Part shown: positions 60,491-64,000 of the stretch, one piece after another
Layout: every line of letters begins with the position of its first letter
How positions within the stretch are numbered: the stretch's first letter is position 1
NCBI GenBank assembly: GCA_965113315.1
Contig: OZ220364.1
DNA: 64,000 bases
Strand: one strand, 5' to 3'
From: Podarcis vaucheri
Taxonomy: Eukaryota
The notes under the pieces: generated by a model
Told to the model about the DNA's origin: nothing
Seen by the model: the letters and a program-made list of their open reading frames with translations, nothing else
Database searches by the model: none
Translations under genes and position numbers: made by a program

Positions 60491-63400
60491 TGTGCACCCA
60501 CAGATTACTGTTCTGTATGTGATCTAGGATGCAACATGCCTCTGAGTACCAGTTGCTGGCAACAACAGAGGCCCTCATGTCTTTCTTATGGACTGTTTGG
60601 ATGATGTGAGAAACAGTAATATAAGACAGTTCCATTTGTGAACACTCTAGATCCCGCTCCATAATCCTCTGCACATAGGTCCCATGACAAACCAGGCAGA
60701 AGTTCTTTGACAAAGGAGCCAGCGCCAAGCCAAGCTTTGGAGTAGCTTCCTAATGGAGGTGAAACTTGGGTTTGGGAGGGAATAGGTTTACCCTCTAAAG
60801 TATCCTGGTTAAAATAAACATATCTCGCACACAAACACACACACAGAAAAAGCCTGTTGAGGATTATACCATGCATAGCATGGACCAAAAAATATAGTTA
60901 ACATTACATGAGCAAAATCTACAATTGAAAATGATGGCTGAAAAATGGAATTGTTGGTACATTTATGAAACACTGAAACCTGTGGGATACAGTGGGGTCC
61001 TCTTCCCTTCTACATCAGTTGTTACTGATAGTTGAATTGATGCTGCCATATGCCTTTCACAATTTGCAACTTTGCAAATTCTGCTGTATTTTATAAATTT
61101 TGCCTCTGTTTGTGTTCCTTCAAGACCATAAATTGCCATCTAGAAAATGCATGGTGGGTTATGGAAACTCTGTTGGTATTAAGGCGTCCCACCCCCTGCC
61201 CACTGCATGACTGCCTGTTGGGATGCCTAGAATGTTGTGCCGTATTACATGATGCTCCCACACCTGAGTTGGCTGTGTGTCAGCATGGTGGTTGTGATTT
61301 ATGCAAGCACACATTACCAGATTGGTCCACACACTTTCTTGGCCTCCATCAAACCGCTCTCCCCTATTGTGGAAAACCAAGTTTTAAGTCAAGTGTGAAT
61401 TTTTACAGTCGCGTTATGAAAATAAGGGGGGGGGGTTATAATGGGAAACGCTGACATGAACCTTAACTATAGCCCNNNNNNNNNNNNNNNNNNNNNNNNN
61501 NNNNNNNNNNNNNNNNNNNNNNNNNNNNNNNNNNNNNNNNNNNNNNNNNNNNNNNNNNNNNNNNNNNNNNNNNNNNNNNNNNNNNNNNNNNNNNNNNNNN
61601 NNNNNNNNNNNNNNNNNNNNNNNNNNNNNNNNNNNNNNNNNNNNNNNNNNNNNNNNNNNNNNNNNNNNNNNNNNNNNNNNNNNNNNNNNNNNNNNNNNNN
61701 NNNNNNNNNNNNNNNNNNNNNNNNNNNNNNNNNNNNNNNNNNNNNNNNNNNNNNNNNNNNNNNNNNNNNNNNNNNNNNNNNNNNNNNNNNNNNNNNNNNN
61801 NNNNNNNNNNNNNNNNNNNNNNNNNNNNNNNNNNNNNNNNNNNNNNNNNNNNNNNNNNNNNNNNNNNNNNNNNNNNNNNNNNNNNNNNNNNNNNNNNNNN
61901 NNNNNNNNNNNNNNNNNNNNNNNNNNNNNNNNNNNNNNNNNNNNNNNNNNNNNNNNNNNNNNNNNNNNNNNNNNNNNNNNNNNNNNNNNNNNNNNNNNNN
62001 NNNNNNNNNNNNNNNNNNNNNNNNNNNNNNNNNNNNNNNNNNNNNNNNNNNNNNNNNNNNNNNNNNNNNNNNNNNNNNNNNNNNNNNNNNNNNNNNNNNN
62101 NNNNNNNNNNNNNNNNAAGAGGCTTTCTCCTTCTGCTGTTGCTTTTTTGAATCAGATTTCTAACAACCTTCAAAAGGGAGAATAAGAATTATGGAGCTTC
62201 TCCCCTGTGGCTGCCAGGCAATAACCCCCTGTTGTTATTTTGTGCTTCTTTCTTTTCAAAGGCGTCAAATTTTAGTTTTTAAAAGATCTTTAACTCTATA
62301 TTTGAAGACAAACAATAAAGGGCTGCCACTGTCATTCTTATCAGTTACCAGGGATTGTATTTTTTTCTTTCTGTTGCCACTTCTTATTAACCTCTTATTT
62401 GGTCTATTAGACATAGTTTTGAATGCAAGCCTGCATGCTGGGAGAACATGAAAGTTCAGATGAGCTCAGAGGGCAGATAAAGAAATTTGAAGGGGAAAGT
62501 TACACAGCAGAATGAACGATAAAAGTTAACTCTTCTAAATTGCTGTTGTCAGACAGGAGAGCGTCTCTGACACAAAGATGATGGCTTGGAGAAGAAGGAA
62601 AAATACTTTCTGTGTTAAAAAGGCAGGATGGAGGGTTGGACAATGTAATGGCATTTCAATATCCATCACAACTGATTTACTGTGGTCACACACCTGATAT
62701 TGTGGTATCCAAAGTTACAATAAGAGAAATCTCCTTCCTATTTTAAAATTAGTATTACAACATTGATTGATGTAAGGAGAGCGAAGGGCACACACCCCTT
62801 GCTTTTTAGCTGCTGTTTGCTGGGGGGGGGGTTAGAGGAAGCGCCTTTTCTTTTAATAACCAGATGGTTTTAGTGAGGGGTGCTTCAAGCAATACAAACC
62901 CATCTATGATGGTTTTTCACCGCCATCTTTTTAAGTGAAAGAGGAATTAATATCCACATGGTAAGCCATGTGCCTGTCTATGCCCATGCATATGGCATGA
63001 GTGTGAATGCATGTGTTCAAAACTAAATAATCACATGAGAGAAATTGGTTATGGACTTAACCATTTTAAAATTTGGCTCAATTGTGTTAATCTGCTGCAC
63101 TCTTCCTTGTTGTTAGCTCACAGTCCCATCCAAGCAGATCTGAAAGCAAGGAATCTATGACCTGTAACCAGTACATTCTATATGGTAGTGTGTTTTTTTA
63201 AAAATTAAAAGTCTCTAGTTTTTTGCAAGTAAGAATTAAAGGGAGTTTTCCGGCAGGGTGGAGAGCATGTTTATAGCAGCATTTCCATTTGTTGCAGCCA
63301 GATCTCAAGCCTGTTAACTCCCCAGGTCCTATTCTCTCGTGTTTTGATTTTATTAAGCACCATCCCATTGAGTCTATCAAATAGACCTGGGGGAAACGAT

Positions 63401-64000
63401 GATGGAAATGTTTCTAAATAAAGGTGGGAAACACCCCCCACCCGCCTGCCACCTACCCACCCAACCACCTTTTTTTCTTTTCTTCTCTTTTTTTTTGCAT
63501 TCATGTTGAGCTAAGTAGATTGTTTTGATAAAAGGCTGTTTGTCCTCCAGTAGTTATGACAATTTATGTTAGGCAGTAGGGAGTAACCCAAGAAAGGAAA
63601 ACAGACCTTTGACAGCAGCTTTAGGGAGGGGATCAAAAATGCAAGTTTTATCAGGATATTTCAGCATTTTAACAACTGACTACTGACCTGACAACAGGAC
63701 TGCACCGAGACCTTTTTTGTATGCATTCAATTGTGAGAAGTAAACAAGCTGCCTTGTATCCTGTGTTTGGTAACTGGGTGGGGAGCACAGTTTGGCAACG
63801 TGCATCGCTTTTAAGTTCTTTCTTGGACAATGGGCTTGTATACTTTTTTATCCTGGCTTTTTAAATGGAGAAATAGCTTTCATGAGCTTTTCCTGGAGGA
63901 TAGCGCCGAAGACAACAGAACAGGCATCAGTCAACTTATATAAATAAAGCTGGTTTAAAATATTAACTTGCAATAAAGTGGCAAGTCCCTGACATGTCCA

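Overview
Eukaryotic, vertebrate genomic DNA. The repeat content (Sauria/Squam1 SINEs, a Squam3-type SINE with a (CTT)n tail, BovB/RTE, CR1 tails, L2) points to a squamate, most likely a lacertid lizard. The window is an internal part of the FOXP1 gene on the + strand. It holds three phase-0 coding exons of the glutamine-rich N-terminus (6024-6164, 56460-56597, 58666-58755), a ~50.3 kb intron and a ~2.1 kb intron. The zinc-finger, leucine-zipper and forkhead exons are not seen and should lie downstream. Nearly all other ORFs in the track are chance ORFs, TE fragments or N-gap artefacts. I cannot support a wholly new biological system here. The best leads are: (1) a Q20 tract where human FOXP1 has about Q7; (2) a CCAAT/GC-box internal promoter at ~44.0-44.7 kb inside an almost TE-free ~10 kb zone, which would give a polyQ-less short FOXP1; (3) a triple TAG-CAG-CAG acceptor behind an 83-nt AG-free pyrimidine tract; (4) an interstitial telomeric repeat ~125 nt after an exon; (5) a decayed R4/Dong retrotransposon fragment and an OposCharlie1-like hAT element, both horizontal-transfer candidates; (6) one RTE-derived element carrying three nested insertions; (7) inverted SINE copies around stop-free phase-0 exons (circRNA hypothesis). 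Human FOXP1 comparisons and TE family names come from recall, not from a search.
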